DNA of 41,127 bases from Pseudonocardiaceae bacterium (GCA_050699675.1 JBOHFU010000001.1:1-41127), one strand, 5' to 3'; positions 16,734 to 26,498 are shown, counted from the first letter of the stretch. A program made the numbers and translations. Notes: generated by a model not told the origin, from the sequence alone.

Positions 16734-17040
16734 AATTCCACGATGGCTTCTCCGTCATACGATTATGGTGGAACCTTTTGAGGGAAACTTCTCTCATGGT
16801 CCCAAGTACGGAGAGGCATTTACTTATCGTTGTTTTGTGGATGACGGTCGAACTCTGCAATTGGATAAGGACGGCGCGGAAGTGGTCTCTTCTGCTCGTG
16901 CATTCGGAAATCTAATCGATGGCATTCTGGTGGAGAGTCGAGTAACAGTGAATGGCAAAACTACCTATGTGATCGACGTCAAGCGCAGAGAAGGAAAAGG
17001 ACTTCCTACTCCCGACCATCTGGAGATAATTCTTCGATGA
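16726..17040 (+). CDS. Head-closure / head-tail adaptor protein
   Basis: Size and gene order. Confidence 0.4.
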   Translation: MGRIPRWLLRHTIMVEPFEGNFSHGPKYGEAFTYRCFVDDGRTLQLDKDGAEVVSSARAFGNLIDGILVESRVTVNGKTTYVIDVKRREGKGLPTPDHLEIILR

Positions 17041-17363
17041 TTACCACTCGATTGAATTGGCGAGGTCATGAGGTAATAGCAAGATTGGAAGTAGCGTCGA
17101 ATGCGGGCATAGAAGAAGGGTTGGGATTGCTGCTTCGAGTGGCTCAATCGAAGGCTCCGAAGAAGAGTGGAGATCTAATTCGATCAGGTCACATCAGAGG
17201 TGATGCGGTAGTATTCGACATTGTTTATGCAGTGATTCAGCATGAGAGATTGGATTTTGAGCATCCTCGAGAAGGTGGTGCTAAATACCTAGAAAGAGCA
17301 ATGCTACAATGTGCACGTTTGGTTTTAAACATTCTGGCTGATTGGGCTCGGAAAGCAATATGA
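17037..17363 (+). CDS. HK97 gp10-like tail-completion protein
   Basis: VAQSKAPKKSGDLIRSGHI matches the gp10-family A.aP..tG.L..s motif. Confidence 0.55.
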   Translation: MITTRLNWRGHEVIARLEVASNAGIEEGLGLLLRVAQSKAPKKSGDLIRSGHIRGDAVVFDIVYAVIQHERLDFEHPREGGAKYLERAMLQCARLVLNILADWARKAI

Positions 17364-17788
17364 ATATCCTGGAGGCATTGGCATTATATTTGCATTCCCG
17401 AAGTATTGGGGTGTATCGAGATTCAGGCTCACCCATTCGAGAGAGTGAGGTGGGCATCTTTCTGGAAAGAATGCCTCCTGAGCCCTCTCGTGTGATCGTT
17501 ATTGCTGCATATGAAGGAATTTCCTCTGACAGTAAATTACCCTACGATCTTCCACGAATTCAATTTATGGTGAGGGGGAGTCGTAATCCAGCAGATTCTC
17601 GGGAGATTGCTCAATCTATTTATGATCTATTCCACGGATTCGGTCCCAGCAATGTATTTGGGATTGGAGTACAATTGATACTCGGGCTGTTTTCTGGCCC
17701 AGTGTACGCGGGAATAGATCGTAACGAACTGAATGTCCATACGGTGAACATTGAAGTGGAATTTAAGAATCCGAATAGGAGAATGTGA
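17360..17788 (+). CDS. Tail terminator (putative)
   Basis: Gene order; ATGA coupling upstream. Confidence 0.4.
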   Translation: MNILEALALYLHSRSIGVYRDSGSPIRESEVGIFLERMPPEPSRVIVIAAYEGISSDSKLPYDLPRIQFMVRGSRNPADSREIAQSIYDLFHGFGPSNVFGIGVQLILGLFSGPVYAGIDRNELNVHTVNIEVEFKNPNRRM

Positions 17789-18243
17789 TGGCTATCACGG
17801 ATCAGATCAATGCACGAGACTGGATTTTTGAGGTACTGGCTGCTGATGGTACCACCTGGATTACAATCGAGGGGATTAACAAATTCTCCTCTAAGCCCGG
17901 TGAGCACGAAGAAGTAGCTGAAATGACGGTATTCAAGAGCAAGGGAAAGCACGCATCCCAGCCTATGCAGCGTGGTGCCACTCTGGAGATTGAGGGAAGA
18001 ATTTATCTTTCTTCCCCCGCGGCAGTTCGTGATCCCGGTCAATTGCGCATCGAAGCTCTCGGCGCATTAATGGCAAACGACTCTCTCGGAGAAATTCGTT
18101 GGCGTCACGAGATCCAAACTACGTGGGTGGTATGGGATTGCTGGATCTCACTCGGTGAGTCCGGCGGGGAAAACAATGATAAAGCAAGCTGGGCTTTTGT
18201 AGCCACTCGATTCGAAGCAGCGACGACGATGGCGGTGGCATGA
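17785..18243 (+). CDS. Major tail (tube) protein
   Basis: 152 aa, directly upstream of the chaperone pair and the tape measure gene. Confidence 0.55.
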   Translation: MMAITDQINARDWIFEVLAADGTTWITIEGINKFSSKPGEHEEVAEMTVFKSKGKHASQPMQRGATLEIEGRIYLSSPAAVRDPGQLRIEALGALMANDSLGEIRWRHEIQTTWVVWDCWISLGESGGENNDKASWAFVATRFEAATTMAVA

Positions 18244-18647
18244 TGGGAAATACAGATTTCGATGCATTTTGGGCGGAATACTCAGAAGAGGCGGAGCCCG
18301 AGACTGCGACGGTTTTGGGTGAGCAGATTACTTTGCCGTTTGATCTTTCGCTGGATCTCACTGAAAGAATGAATTCCGCAAACATCAATGACAAAGAATC
18401 CCTTGGGGCATTGCTCAAAGAGGTGTATGGAGAAGATGTTCTCAGTCGCTGGCTGGAGAAGAGAATCGGCGTCAAACAAATGGCTATTCTTATCTCATGG
18501 ACAGTGATGGGTGTTCAGGGCGGTGGAATGTCTCTTCAGGAGGTTGCGGATACGATGAGTGAGGCGATGAAGTCGGGAAAACTACGAATCTTGTTAGGGA
18601 ATACTGGGCAGCAATCGAGCGAGACTTTACCGTCTACTACTACATGA
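18240..18647 (+). CDS. Tail assembly chaperone (G-like, zero-frame product)
   Basis: Acidic 135-aa protein immediately before the tape measure gene. Confidence 0.7.
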   Translation: MMGNTDFDAFWAEYSEEAEPETATVLGEQITLPFDLSLDLTERMNSANINDKESLGALLKEVYGEDVLSRWLEKRIGVKQMAILISWTVMGVQGGGMSLQEVADTMSEAMKSGKLRILLGNTGQQSSETLPSTTT

Positions 18648-18805
18648 CCGGAAAGGAGTTAGCTCGAATCAGCGCCCGTAGATTCTACGTCTTATTACGG
18701 GGACTTCCAGCCGAATCCCTCTTTGTCTATCACGTCAGAAATACTCCACGAGAAGTAACCAGTCGTGAGGAAATCGAGGCAATTACTGCAAAGGCTCTTC
18801 TATGA
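18240..18805 (+). CDS. Tail assembly chaperone G-T fusion (-1 frameshift at 18575-18581)
   Basis: The -1 extension reads ...EYWAAIERDFTVYYYMTGKELARISARRFYVLLRGLPAESLF..., typical of T-domains. Its stop overlaps the tape measure ATG. Confidence 0.6.
18575..18581 (+). promoter_or_regulatory. -1 programmed ribosomal frameshift slippery heptamer G GGA AAA
   Basis: The zero frame reads TCG GGA AAA CTA. The -1 frame stays open for 76 codons, to the TGA at 18803-18805. Confidence 0.65.
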
Positions 18806-20916
18806 ATATCGGTGAGCTAATTGCTCATATAAAAGTGGAGCATAGGGATGCCCTAAAAAATATTGCCACAACACATCAGGCTTTCAAAGGCCTTGAGAGT
18901 GCTGGAAAAGTAGCTTTATTCCCGGCAGGGATAGCAGCAGCCATTCCTCTCTTACTTAGTAGCGTAGATGCAGCTTGGCAACTATCGGGAGCTTTAGGAG
19001 CTATCCCCGCTGTGGCTGGAACAGCAGGGTTGGTCATGGGAACTTTAGCAGTCGCCACTATGGGTTTCGGCAACGCTATGAAAGACATAGGAGATCCCAA
19101 GAAGTTTGCCGAGAGAATTAAATTTATGGCTCCTGCCATGCAAGATGCAATGATCTCTATTCAAAAATTAGTTCCTGTTTGGGATACTCTGAAAAAGAGG
19201 GTTCAGGAAACCTTCTGGACTAGTCTGAATACTCACATTGATTTATTGGGAAGTAAGTATCTTCCTATTCTTAATACGGGAATGTTTAAGACTGCTCTGG
19301 GAATGAATCGAGGAACTGCTGCTGCAGCGCAATTCTTGGAGACTTCCAGTGCTACTGATGATGTTGCTCATTCCTTCGATAATATGAGCGTATTTGTCGA
19401 GAAGGTAGCCAGAACTTTCCCCAGTTTGATTGCATTGCTTTTGGACTTCGTTTCAGTGGGCTCGGACAAATTGCCGGCAATGGGAGACGGTATTGAGTCT
19501 CTGGTGGAGAAATTTACTAAGTTCATCGATAAAGCGAGGGAGAGTGGACAACTCTCGAATTGGATTCAACGGGGCCTTGATTCAGTCAAGATGTTGGGTC
19601 AAATCTTTTTCAATACAGGGCTGATAATCAATGAGGTGTTGAATACTACACAAGAGGGTGGAGGAGGCTTACTTTCCACGCTGCTTCGCTTGACAGATCA
19701 AACCCTAGCATGGTTGAAATCTGCTGAGGGAAAAGAACGTATGCAAGAGGTGTTCGTCACTGTGTCTGCTTTTGCGAGTGCTCTCTTGGACGTTCTTCCT
19801 ATGGTTACTGGGGTATTAACCACTCTTATGAGCGTATTTGAGGCTTTACCGGGACCCATTCAATCTGTAGTTGCTAGCTCAATTGTCTGGGGGGGTATCA
19901 TTGGTCTCCTCACTGCCAAGTTAGCTCCATTAATTTCTCTCCTTCTTAATTTCAAGTTTTCCATGATAAGTACCTCCGCCACTTTCATCGCTTCTTGGGT
20001 TTCGATGGCTGCTGCGACAATTGCTCAGGGCGCGGTTATGATTGCTTCTCTCACTGCTACCGCAGCCAAATATGTTGCTCAATGGACAATAATGGCAGCA
20101 GGTGCAATGTCAAGGGCAGTTATAATGGCGGCTGCATGGTTTGTAGCACTCGGACCCATCGGCTGGGTAATTGGAGCTATAGTTGCTCTCGTTGCGTTGG
20201 TAATTTGGAAATGGGATGAGATTGTCGCGTTCACCAAGAAAGCCTGGGAGTGGTGTGGCAATATCATCGGCAATGTTGTAGATTGGATAAAGAGAAAGGT
20301 AGCTGAGGGGGTTGCCTGGGTTATGCAGAAATGGGAAGAGCTGAAAGCCCTCCCGGGTAAAGCTCTTTCCTGGTTTGGCGCGATGAAAGATGCAGCTATC
20401 GGCAAAGTTCAGGAGCTCATTAATTGGTTCACAGGACTTCCCGGCAGATTGTGGGATGCGCTCGGGGATCTCTGGAATAAAATGTTTGAGGCTGGTAGAA
20501 GAATCATTCAAAGAATCGTGGATGGAATCAAATCAATGTTCAGCGCGGTAGGGGACGCAATTGGCGGAGTAGCCAGCAGAATTCGAGGAGCTCTGCCATT
20601 CTCTCCTGCTAAGTGGGGTCCATTAAGCGGGTCGGGCAATCCTGAAATCGCCGGAGCTCGAATCGGTCAGATGATTGCCGCCGGTATTCGATCGAGTAAC
20701 GGAGGAATTGAAAGGGCAATGGCTGAGATCACGTCACGTATTATGCCACAGATTTCGGCTCAAATCCCGGCTGGAGCTCTTGAGGGAATAAACATTCGAG
20801 AGGGAGTTTTCGAGGGAATCACCGAAGCATTGAGAGGAATTCGTCTGGAGATTCTTGGAGACGGAACTGCTCGACTCGTGAATACCACCAATCTAGCTCA
20901 GCAGAGGAGGCTATAA
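18802..20916 (+). CDS. Tape measure protein
   Basis: 704 aa, helical, with hydrophobic central segments. Canonical position. Confidence 0.85.
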   Translation: MNIGELIAHIKVEHRDALKNIATTHQAFKGLESAGKVALFPAGIAAAIPLLLSSVDAAWQLSGALGAIPAVAGTAGLVMGTLAVATMGFGNAMKDIGDPKKFAERIKFMAPAMQDAMISIQKLVPVWDTLKKRVQETFWTSLNTHIDLLGSKYLPILNTGMFKTALGMNRGTAAAAQFLETSSATDDVAHSFDNMSVFVEKVARTFPSLIALLLDFVSVGSDKLPAMGDGIESLVEKFTKFIDKARESGQLSNWIQRGLDSVKMLGQIFFNTGLIINEVLNTTQEGGGGLLSTLLRLTDQTLAWLKSAEGKERMQEVFVTVSAFASALLDVLPMVTGVLTTLMSVFEALPGPIQSVVASSIVWGGIIGLLTAKLAPLISLLLNFKFSMISTSATFIASWVSMAAATIAQGAVMIASLTATAAKYVAQWTIMAAGAMSRAVIMAAAWFVALGPIGWVIGAIVALVALVIWKWDEIVAFTKKAWEWCGNIIGNVVDWIKRKVAEGVAWVMQKWEELKALPGKALSWFGAMKDAAIGKVQELINWFTGLPGRLWDALGDLWNKMFEAGRRIIQRIVDGIKSMFSAVGDAIGGVASRIRGALPFSPAKWGPLSGSGNPEIAGARIGQMIAAGIRSSNGGIERAMAEITSRIMPQISAQIPAGALEGINIREGVFEGITEALRGIRLEILGDGTARLVNTTNLAQQRRL

Positions 20917-21780
20917 ATGGCTTGGCATGAACCATTTCTGCTCGGCCCATTGGGATATATGAGAGAGATTCCCTCGCCGTCTCATTCTTCCGGAGTGGAT
21001 TCCAACATCATACGTAGCGGGGGGGAGTTTGAAACTGCCTCGGGTAATATGTCGATTGATACCTTTGGTCATAAAAAAGAGTGGAAATTTACTTGGCCCT
21101 GGATCGACTCTCGACAGGCAGATGAATTAATGGCATTTTTCCGCACTGCTCGAAGAAGGGGTCTCAGAATGTTGGATCCCTTTGTTTTGAATCTGCTCTC
21201 TGCCGATGTATCAATGGGAGGTGGAGAAAGTAGGACAGCCAGACTGTTTCAGCCGGCAGTGGGTACTGTGGCATGTTTCGACGTATCTCCCACACTTCCC
21301 AGCTATCTTGTGCCATTCATTGACACAATGATTCAATGGGTAGTTCCTACCAGCACAACTGGGGTTGTTCTCGCTGACAGTGGGATTCTCCAGAGAACAC
21401 CGTTACGTGACGCTCGTCCACTGAAATTCAATCTCCAGGTTACGGGGCAGGGAACAGTTCAGGCATTAGTAAGACCATTTGATTTAGCGGGTTCAGCTCT
21501 TTCCGATGTATTGGGAACTGCGGTCGTTCTCGACAGTACGTGGAAAACAGTCTCCGTCAGTTATTCTCCCGCTATCACTCATATCAGTACCGCAGTAGGA
21601 CTCTCCATTGCCACTGCTGTGGGAATTAGGACTTTGGGATTCACCGCGCTGAAGTTCGGGGAGCAGTCGGATCAATGGCAGATCGGAGAAATGACAGGCC
21701 CAGTGCTGCTCAGATCCATCATGAGAAAGCTAAGACCCCATCACATGTTCGAAGTGCAGGCAGTCATTCGGGAGAAATAG
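20917..21780 (+). CDS. Distal tail protein (Dit-like)
   Basis: Gene order after the tape measure gene; 287 aa. Confidence 0.55.
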   Translation: MAWHEPFLLGPLGYMREIPSPSHSSGVDSNIIRSGGEFETASGNMSIDTFGHKKEWKFTWPWIDSRQADELMAFFRTARRRGLRMLDPFVLNLLSADVSMGGGESRTARLFQPAVGTVACFDVSPTLPSYLVPFIDTMIQWVVPTSTTGVVLADSGILQRTPLRDARPLKFNLQVTGQGTVQALVRPFDLAGSALSDVLGTAVVLDSTWKTVSVSYSPAITHISTAVGLSIATAVGIRTLGFTALKFGEQSDQWQIGEMTGPVLLRSIMRKLRPHHMFEVQAVIREK

Positions 21781-24099
21781 ATGCAATTTCCCTCAGATGT
21801 GGTGTTGGCAGAATACATTGCCGAAGACAGGAGGCTTGCCGTACAGCTTTTGATTGACTGGGACAGTGACGGATTCCAGAGTCCCTACTCCGATGTTTCG
21901 GAATTGTATCAATTCATCAATGTGGAAAGAGATCTCACGGGAGACATTCCAGACGAGGTCAATCTGATCGAGGGGTATTCAGTAGCCAAAATGACTCTTC
22001 GTCTGTCGGGAATTCGTGATGAGGACGATCTGTCGATTGGCGATCTGATGAATCCCTGGAACAAAGAAAGTCCGTTTTACGGACGGAATCTTTTTGGGCT
22101 CGGTGTTATTTACAGAATCTTGGTTCCTCTTTCTGGAGAAGAGCGAGAGATCGATCAATTCATCGGAATCATTCGAGAAATCGATACTTCCATGGAGGAT
22201 CAGGTGGATATCACTGTTCTCGATCTCATGGATTACATTAATCGTTCGGTGACATTACGTCCCATAGCTATCGACTTTGCCCCGCTCATTTTCGATCAGA
22301 TTCCCGCCGTTCGCCAGCAATTCAATATGAGCTGGGTTATCGACCAGATTCTTCGGCAATGCGGACTTTACCAATCTCCTGCCGCAGTACCCACATCGGG
22401 AACTACTGAGGGATATCTCTGCGCGACAATGAGTGGAGCGTGGTTTACTGAAGCAGCGCACTATGCCAATTTCGTCACCGTGCTCGATACAGTTACGCCG
22501 CCAGATCCGCCATTCATCCCGGGTAAATACGGCTATGCTGCTAACGGCACTCAGAATGGCAGAGGCAAATATACCTATACTGTGGATCCTCATCCTTCAT
22601 GGGTAAAGGGAGAAAGCCATTGCACAGGTGGATGGGTTTACGGCCCTCGAGAATGTTTGAATAATGAATCCATTCTCTCGGATATTGCGCTATCGGGAAC
22701 TCACGGTGTCGCCGGTAACTGTCGAATGCAGCTCATTTTGGCGTCCACAGGCGTTGTACGGGTTCGCATTCAGCAGTTCACCGGGCAAGCGTACGATATC
22801 ACTTTCACGGGCCCTACAATCGCTGTGGAAGATTGGCATTACGTAGCCTGTGCAATGCTGTGGAGAGTTAGCGACAGTGCGATTACGGTGACATTTAATG
22901 TGGATGGGGTTCTCACCGTTGTGTCGTCGAGCGTTACTGCATTCTTGGGGCCCACTTATATTCAAGCTTACTCTTCCATAAACATCGAATCCAATATGCC
23001 GGTTCAGCACATACAATGGTGGAAAGAGAAATCAGCCCCAGTAGTCTGGCCCATCGATCCCCCAAGCACTTCTTTCGGTGTAACACCGCAGACAGACCTC
23101 TCTCTCGCTAAAACTTGGTTGAGCTATGTTCCGGATACTTATTTGGAGAAAGGACTCGACGTTCTCAAACTGGCATTAGCTGCCGAGCTGGGAGTGATGT
23201 TTTCCACTGAATCTGGGCTGATTAAATTCATGAGTCGAGACGGAGTAAATGCCTCTCGAATTGAGGAGAATACCTTCACGCTCACACCAGAAGAAGCTAA
23301 GTCGGTGCAGATCCATACCCGGGTGGATTCTTATCGTAACCTGATAAATACAGAGAGTGTGCAGAAAGTCCTCCTAGACCAGACATTCTTCAAATCCGAT
23401 GACGCGGAAAGATTTGACACTCCCGCCAGCACAGTTGCTCGATTCTATATCCCCATGAGAGACGTATATCGAATCACAACCACAGCCCCTCCCTTCATTA
23501 ATCCGTGGAACCCCGAAATAGGTGTAGGATTTCACGTTATCAAAATTAGTGACGGCACAATTCCCCCGGGGGTTAGCGTAGTTGTTACAGTGATTAATCA
23601 GAGACTTCTGGCTGTGGACGTTGTAAATCCCAACGCCTTCGAAGTAAGGCTATCCGATTCATCGGGAAGTCCTGCACTGAACATTGCTGGCTATTCTCAC
23701 TATGAATGGGGGAATACTTCGACCACTTATGTCCATCAGGGATCGATGGATGAATTCGGATCACAGCAATTGGATATGAAGAGTAGTCCTTGGAGAAGTC
23801 GAGCCAGCTCACAAGAGGCAGTAGCCAATTCCATTCTCCATGACATTGCTGTTCCCATTCCCACCATCGACCCAGTAGAAGTTCGGGGAGATCCTCGTCG
23901 GCAATTGAATGACACGTGCATTATCGACACCAAGAGAACCGGAAGAATCATTGCCGCGGTGATTGGGTATAAGAGATCTATCACCAGGGGAAATCCGATG
24001 GTGGATTTGTACACGCTGCGAGCACTTCATCCCCCCGGATTCTGGCTTATCGGTGAAGCTGGATTTTCAGAACTCGGCGAAACAACTCAACTTTCTTAG
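21781..24099 (+). CDS. Tal-like minor tail / baseplate hub protein
   Basis: 772 aa, following the Dit-like gene. Confidence 0.6.
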   Translation: MQFPSDVVLAEYIAEDRRLAVQLLIDWDSDGFQSPYSDVSELYQFINVERDLTGDIPDEVNLIEGYSVAKMTLRLSGIRDEDDLSIGDLMNPWNKESPFYGRNLFGLGVIYRILVPLSGEEREIDQFIGIIREIDTSMEDQVDITVLDLMDYINRSVTLRPIAIDFAPLIFDQIPAVRQQFNMSWVIDQILRQCGLYQSPAAVPTSGTTEGYLCATMSGAWFTEAAHYANFVTVLDTVTPPDPPFIPGKYGYAANGTQNGRGKYTYTVDPHPSWVKGESHCTGGWVYGPRECLNNESILSDIALSGTHGVAGNCRMQLILASTGVVRVRIQQFTGQAYDITFTGPTIAVEDWHYVACAMLWRVSDSAITVTFNVDGVLTVVSSSVTAFLGPTYIQAYSSINIESNMPVQHIQWWKEKSAPVVWPIDPPSTSFGVTPQTDLSLAKTWLSYVPDTYLEKGLDVLKLALAAELGVMFSTESGLIKFMSRDGVNASRIEENTFTLTPEEAKSVQIHTRVDSYRNLINTESVQKVLLDQTFFKSDDAERFDTPASTVARFYIPMRDVYRITTTAPPFINPWNPEIGVGFHVIKISDGTIPPGVSVVVTVINQRLLAVDVVNPNAFEVRLSDSSGSPALNIAGYSHYEWGNTSTTYVHQGSMDEFGSQQLDMKSSPWRSRASSQEAVANSILHDIAVPIPTIDPVEVRGDPRRQLNDTCIIDTKRTGRIIAAVIGYKRSITRGNPMVDLYTLRALHPPGFWLIGEAGFSELGETTQLS

Positions 24100-24108
24100 G
24101 AGAATCAA

Positions 24109-24645
24109 ATGGCTCCCGTAATTCCATTGCAGCGATTCGATTTTAGAGAGCTAATGGGGGAGGGGGATATCAATGAGTTCTCGGATCTCATCAATCAGCC
24201 CCCCGCCTGTCGAGTCAAGCGGAATGCCGCTAGCGCAAACGTCGCTGTAAGCACGGCATTTACCAATGTCACATGGGAAGCAGATCCGTACGACCCATTC
24301 AATATGTGGGCATCGGGTAATCCGACTGCTGTCACAATCGGTTATACCGCACATTACGATATCCTCTTCGGAATAAAGTGGCCGTCAATGGGAGTGGTTG
24401 TTGTTCGCGGTCAGATAGTCAAAATGCCTGGCCCAGTTATCATTGCGGAAGCCTCGACATTTGCACAAACCATTGCTGCTGGAACTTCTTTGCAAGTGAA
24501 ATGCGATCAATACCCATTAACTGTGGGGGATTATCTTATCTTTCAAGTGCAGCACGATGACGTAACTCCGCGTGCTCTGCAAGTAACTGGAGCTGGTACA
24601 TATGCCAGCGTCAAATTCTATGCATCCGGCGTGCTGGGAACCTGA
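24109..24645 (+). CDS. Minor tail protein, possible receptor-binding protein
   Basis: Last gene of the tail block; beta-rich 178 aa. Confidence 0.35.
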   Translation: MAPVIPLQRFDFRELMGEGDINEFSDLINQPPACRVKRNAASANVAVSTAFTNVTWEADPYDPFNMWASGNPTAVTIGYTAHYDILFGIKWPSMGVVVVRGQIVKMPGPVIIAEASTFAQTIAAGTSLQVKCDQYPLTVGDYLIFQVQHDDVTPRALQVTGAGTYASVKFYASGVLGT

Positions 24646-24647
24646 CC

Positions 24648-24676
24648 TTGACACATCTGCCGGTCGATACTAATGT
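24648..24676 (+). promoter_or_regulatory. Consensus sigma-70/sigma-A promoter (TTGACA-N17-TAATGT)
   Basis: TTGACA at 24648-24653, a 17-nt spacer, TAATGT at 24671-24676. It lies 45 nt upstream of the ATG at 24721. Confidence 0.65.
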
Positions 24677-24720
24677 GGGAGGTAATCAACTAATCGCCGC
24701 ACAGAAAGAGAGTCACGGAA

Positions 24721-25287
24721 ATGCCCCCACGCAAACGTCGCGCAGTCAACACCGAGCCCGAGGAAATCGAAGAGATCGAAGAGATTGAGGAAGAGGCGCC
24801 GGCACCACGTCGTCGCGGTCGGCCGCGTAAGACTGAGGCTGTCGCCGAGAAGCCCGCAGCGACACGCAAGACAGCGACGCGCACCCGTGCATCGACGAAG
24901 ACTGAAGAGTCCGCAGCGTCGAATGGCTACGGCACGTCATGGCTCGTCGAGCACGTCAACGAAGAGCTAGGAACCGATCTCGACGGGAAAGCGTTGCGCG
25001 TCATTCTGCGAGAGCTTACCGATCAGGGGGTCATTCAGCGAGACGACCGCTCACGCTACACTTTCAAAGGCCCGCGTGATCGCGCAGTGCTCGCCGTGTT
25101 GAAGCACGTCAAGAGCGGGGCATTGAAGAGTGACGAAGAGAAGCCGACGCGCGGCCGTCCGAAGAAAGCAGCGCCGGCAGCGAAGACTCCCACTCGGCGT
25201 GGGCGTCCACGTAAGACTGAGCCCAACCCGGATCCCGATCTTCCCGACTTCGACGACGAGACGGACGACGAGATCGAAGATCTGTGA
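24721..25287 (+). CDS. AT-hook DNA-binding protein with acidic termini
   Basis: Three GRP-core AT-hooks (RRRGRPRKT, TRGRPKKA, RRGRPRKT). An EEIEEIEEIEEE tract and a DFDDETDDEIEDL tail. Confidence 0.7.
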   Translation: MPPRKRRAVNTEPEEIEEIEEIEEEAPAPRRRGRPRKTEAVAEKPAATRKTATRTRASTKTEESAASNGYGTSWLVEHVNEELGTDLDGKALRVILRELTDQGVIQRDDRSRYTFKGPRDRAVLAVLKHVKSGALKSDEEKPTRGRPKKAAPAAKTPTRRGRPRKTEPNPDPDLPDFDDETDDEIEDL

Positions 25288-25368
25288 TCCACCCACTCAG
25301 CCCTGTGGTTCTGAGATTTCCACACTCAGTGTCACGGGGCTGCTTGGTGGGTTCCACTCTTCTGGGTG

Positions 25369-25398
25369 TAACACTTCCCCGTGCGGCTGCGATAGACT
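25369..25398 (+). promoter_or_regulatory. Phage promoter cassette P1 (TAACACT-N15-GATAGACT)
   Basis: One of four copies with identical 15-nt spacing, each in an intergenic gap ahead of a plus-strand gene. Confidence 0.55.
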
Positions 25399-25437
25399 AA
25401 GTGAGAGCAAGACAGAGAGACCGAATCGAGGGAGATC

Positions 25438-25992
25438 GTGAACACTGAAGAGCAGCAGAAGAGAGCCCGTCGAGCGACTGCGCTACGCAATAAAGCAGCC
25501 GCCACCAGCTTCCCCGTAGAGGCAGTTACTTTTATTGCCAAGGCAGAAGAGCTGGAACGGATCAATGCAAACTCGGGCTATCGTCCCGAGAATAATCCAT
25601 TCAGTGTTGATAATCTCCTGAGCACTTATCGTAAGCAAGCATCGGACGAGAAAGTTCGTCAATACCAGAAATGGGTTGCTCAGCACGGAGAACGTTCCGA
25701 GACTTGCATATGTGGGACTGTCGAGCAGAAATACATGGGATTCCAGTGCCCCGATCATCCTAAAAAGAAGTGTGTTTGCGACGACTACAAAACCCATCTT
25801 TATTCGTGGAATTGCCCGACTCACGGCACCCAGCGCTCTACTTTTGCTGACAGCACCGATTACTCGGGGCGAGCCCGTCAGCAGTCTGCCGGCACTCGTC
25901 GCAAGAGCAGCAGTCATGCGCAGTGTTACGCCGAGGGGCTTCATGACAACACAAAAGCCGGTCGCGCAGCGTGCCGACGCGGGCGAGTGTAG
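25438..25992 (+). CDS. Cys-rich hypothetical protein (184 aa)
   Basis: GTG start 3 nt after GAATCGAGGGAG (25423-25434). Sequence CICG...CPDH...CVCDD...CPTHG. The C-terminal HAQCYAEGLHDNTKAGRAACRRG motif is shared with 26547-26885. Confidence 0.6.
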   Translation: MNTEEQQKRARRATALRNKAAATSFPVEAVTFIAKAEELERINANSGYRPENNPFSVDNLLSTYRKQASDEKVRQYQKWVAQHGERSETCICGTVEQKYMGFQCPDHPKKKCVCDDYKTHLYSWNCPTHGTQRSTFADSTDYSGRARQQSAGTRRKSSSHAQCYAEGLHDNTKAGRAACRRGRV

Positions 25993-26020
25993 TCCAGCCT
26001 AATGGGCTAGGGGGTTGAGC

Positions 26021-26050
26021 TAACACTCTGCTCTCAGCTCACGATATACT
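26021..26050 (+). promoter_or_regulatory. Phage promoter cassette P2 (TAACACT-N15-GATATACT)
   Basis: Same motif and spacing as P1, P3 and P4. Confidence 0.55.
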
Positions 26051-26096
26051 GAGTAAGAAGCAAGCAAGTCCAAGATCCGCAGAGAGAGAGAAAATC

Positions 26097-26258
26097 ATGA
26101 GCCACTCCATCACCGCGAACTACGACTCAACCCGCAGCCAGTACCGCGTCCGGATCGTCAAAGAGTCGGGCCAAGAGCGTATCGTCTACGTCCCCGCAAA
26201 GAATGCCACTGTTGCCCGTCAGATCGCCGCCAGAGTCGCCGCGAATTTCATCCACTGA
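26097..26258 (+). CDS. 53-aa hypothetical protein
   Basis: First ATG downstream of P2. Sequence MSHSITANYDSTRSQYRVRIVKESGQERIVYVP... The stop overlaps the next ATG (TGATG). Confidence 0.45.
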   Translation: MSHSITANYDSTRSQYRVRIVKESGQERIVYVPAKNATVARQIAARVAANFIH

Positions 26259-26434
26259 TGACAAAGATCGTTCAGTCCGCCGAAATGGTCCAGAACTTCG
26301 TGAATACTCTCCAGCGTCCCGAGCACTTCGGCAACGATGACAACGTGATCATGCAGCACGCGATTGATCATCCCCCGTTCTGGGTTACCGACTGTGATCA
26401 ATTCATCACCGACGTTGCCGACACTCTGTCCTGA
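26258..26434 (+). CDS. 58-aa acidic hypothetical protein
   Basis: Coupled to the preceding ORF. Preferred over the antisense ORF 26219-26443 because of promoter orientation. Confidence 0.4.
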   Translation: MTKIVQSAEMVQNFVNTLQRPEHFGNDDNVIMQHAIDHPPFWVTDCDQFITDVADTLS

Positions 26435-26468
26435 GTTGTTCACCCAAATGGACTAGGGTGAAGTGTGC

Positions 26469-26498
26469 TAACACTTCCCGCCCGCAGAGTGATATGCT
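26469..26498 (+). promoter_or_regulatory. Phage promoter cassette P3 (TAACACT-N15-GATATGCT)
   Basis: Same motif and spacing. The flanks resemble P2 (AATGGnCTAGGG upstream, GAGTAAGAAG downstream). Confidence 0.55.

Noticed and set aside
24690-25565. Many alternative-frame ORFs on both strands around the AT-hook gene
   Set aside because: These are the usual open frames of GC-rich DNA. Only the 24721-25287 frame has a promoter, coherent motifs and a sensible composition.
26219-26443. 74-aa minus-strand ORF in the P2 unit
   Set aside because: The P2 promoter cassette and the two coupled plus-strand small ORFs (26097-26258 and 26258-26434) fit the region better. Neither option is strongly supported.
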